DNA of 64,000 bases from Coleofasciculus sp. B1-GNL1-01. GTDB lineage: Bacteria; Cyanobacteriota; Cyanobacteriia; Cyanobacteriales; Coleofasciculaceae. Positions 62,767-64,000 of this stretch are shown here, piece after piece. The DNA is taken from the NCBI GenBank assembly GCA_040220235.1, contig JAVJTO010000102.1, one strand, 5' to 3'. The notes beneath the pieces were generated by a model that saw nothing but the letters and a program-made list of their open reading frames with translations, ran no database searches and was not told the DNA's origin. Position 1 is the stretch's first letter. The number at the start of each line of letters is the position of its first letter. Made by a program: the position numbers and the translations under genes.

Positions 62767-64000
62767 ATGGTAGAGTTAGACAAATCAATATCCTTTGATG
62801 GACGGGATATTCGGCTAAGAGCCGGTCTACTAGCACCCCAAGCTGGGGGATCTGTACTAATTGAGTCAGGAGATACAGCGGTTTTAGTTACGGCGACTCG
62901 CTCAGCGGGTCGAGAAGGCATCGATTTTCTCCCCTTATTAGTAGACTACGAGGAAAGACTGTATGCAGCGGGTCGAATTCCCGGTGGGTTTCTGCGCCGC
63001 GAAGGGCGTCCTCCGGAAAAAGTTACACTCACCAGCCGTTTGATTGACCGCCCGTTGCGCCCCTTGTTTCCCAGTTGGCTACGGGATGATATTCAGATTG
63101 TAGCCACAACCTTGTCCATGGATGAACAAGTGCCACCGGATGTGCTGGCGGTAACGGGGGCATCCGTCGCGGTACTGCAAGCCCAAATTCCATTCTATGG
63201 TCCGATGGCAGCAGTACGAGTGGGGCTAGTTGGAGATGATTTCATTATTAATCCAACATACCGCGAAATCGACAATGGTGATCTAGATTTGGTGGTCGCG
63301 GGTTCTCCCCAAGGGGTGATCATGGTGGAAGCCGGGGCGAATCAACTGCCAGAACGGGATATTATTGAGGCGATTGAATTTGGCTATGAAGCCGTACAGG
63401 ATTTAATTGCGGCTCAGGAAAACCTGCTCAAAGAGTTGGGAATTGAGATTATCCAAGCCGAACCCCCAGAAACCTCATCGGAACTGGAAGAGTTTATTCG
63501 CGATCGCGCCACGAAACCGATTAAGAAAGTTTTGTCTCAGTTTGACTTCGATAAGCATGATCGCGATGAAGCCTTGGATGAGATCAAGGAACAGGAAATT
63601 CTGGCTCCCATCGCCGAACGTCCAGAGGATGATCCCCTGCGCGTGGCGGCGGCAGATGATCAACTGCTTAGCAGTATGTTCAAAAGCTTGACCAAGAAGC
63701 TGATGCGATCGCAGATTGTTGAGGACGGGGTGCGCGTTGATGGGCGTAAACTGGATGAGGTGCGTCCGGTGTCGTGTCAGGTGGGGCTATTGCCCTCTCG
63801 TGTTCATGGGAGTGGTTTATTTAATCGCGGCTTGACTCAAGTCCTGTCTACGGTGACGTTGGGAACCCCTGGGGATGCTCAAATGTTGGATGATTTGAAT
63901 CCCGAAGAAGAGAAGCGTTACCTGCACCACTATAACTTTCCGCCCTTTTCTGTGGGGGAAACCAAACCCATGCGATCGCCTGGACGTCGGGAAATCGGTC
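62767..64000 (+). CDS. pnp: Polyribonucleotide nucleotidyltransferase (5' part, runs off the window; absent from the ORF track)
   Basis: [15 protein letters not shown]...[30 protein letters not shown]...RVDGR...HGSGLF.RG.TQ. Confidence 0.97.
   Translation, partial: MVELDKSISFDGRDIRLRAGLLAPQAGGSVLIESGDTAVLVTATRSAGREGIDFLPLLVDYEERLYAAGRIPGGFLRREGRPPEKVTLTSRLIDRPLRPLFPSWLRDDIQIVATTLSMDEQVPPDVLAVTGASVAVLQAQIPFYGPMAAVRVGLVGDDFIINPTYREIDNGDLDLVVAGSPQGVIMVEAGANQLPERDIIEAIEFGYEAVQDLIAAQENLLKELGIEIIQAEPPETSSELEEFIRDRATKPIKKVLSQFDFDKHDRDEALDEIKEQEILAPIAERPEDDPLRVAAADDQLLSSMFKSLTKKLMRSQIVEDGVRVDGRKLDEVRPVSCQVGLLPSRVHGSGLFNRGLTQVLSTVTLGTPGDAQMLDDLNPEEEKRYLHHYNFPPFSVGETKPMRSPGRREIG

Overview
Chromosomal segment of a cyanobacterium: psaA/psaB are present, HIP1 octamers (GCGATCGC) are dense, and there are short tandem repeats, REP-like palindromes and MITEs. 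The repeat style suggests a filamentous, Coleofasciculus/Microcoleus-like organism (inference). Core genes: psaAB, aspS, a MacAB-type exporter, a GyrA/ParC paralogue, pilT2, a UbiH-type hydroxylase, a Snf2 helicase carrying a 467-aa LAGLIDADG intein, and the 5' part of pnp. The accessory loci of most interest are: (1) a 5.3 kb defence/toxin-antitoxin array (6.4-11.7 kb) built from repeated, decaying copies of a divergent 'XRE repressor / unknown 156-aa gene' module. Each cargo (ABC-ATPase+DUF3226, ParE pair, PemK pair) sits behind the same 28-bp junction, which ends exactly at a HIP1 site. The repressor copies have co-varying operators, and there is a candidate antisense RNA. (2) An orphan 1693-aa eCIS-cargo-like polymorphic toxin with an RNase A-like tip, followed by a likely immunity gene and a YbjN-domain gene. 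(3) A Trypco1-like gene divergent from a caspase-nSTAND1-14xWD40 NLR-like protein whose repeats are hypervariable in the HET-E manner. (4) A ferrosome-like HMA2/P1B-ATPase pair lacking the usual metal ligands. (5) A Roadblock/MglA-GTPase/2xDUF4388 module. No rRNA, tRNA or CRISPR array was recognised. All family calls come from reading motifs by eye, not from database searches.
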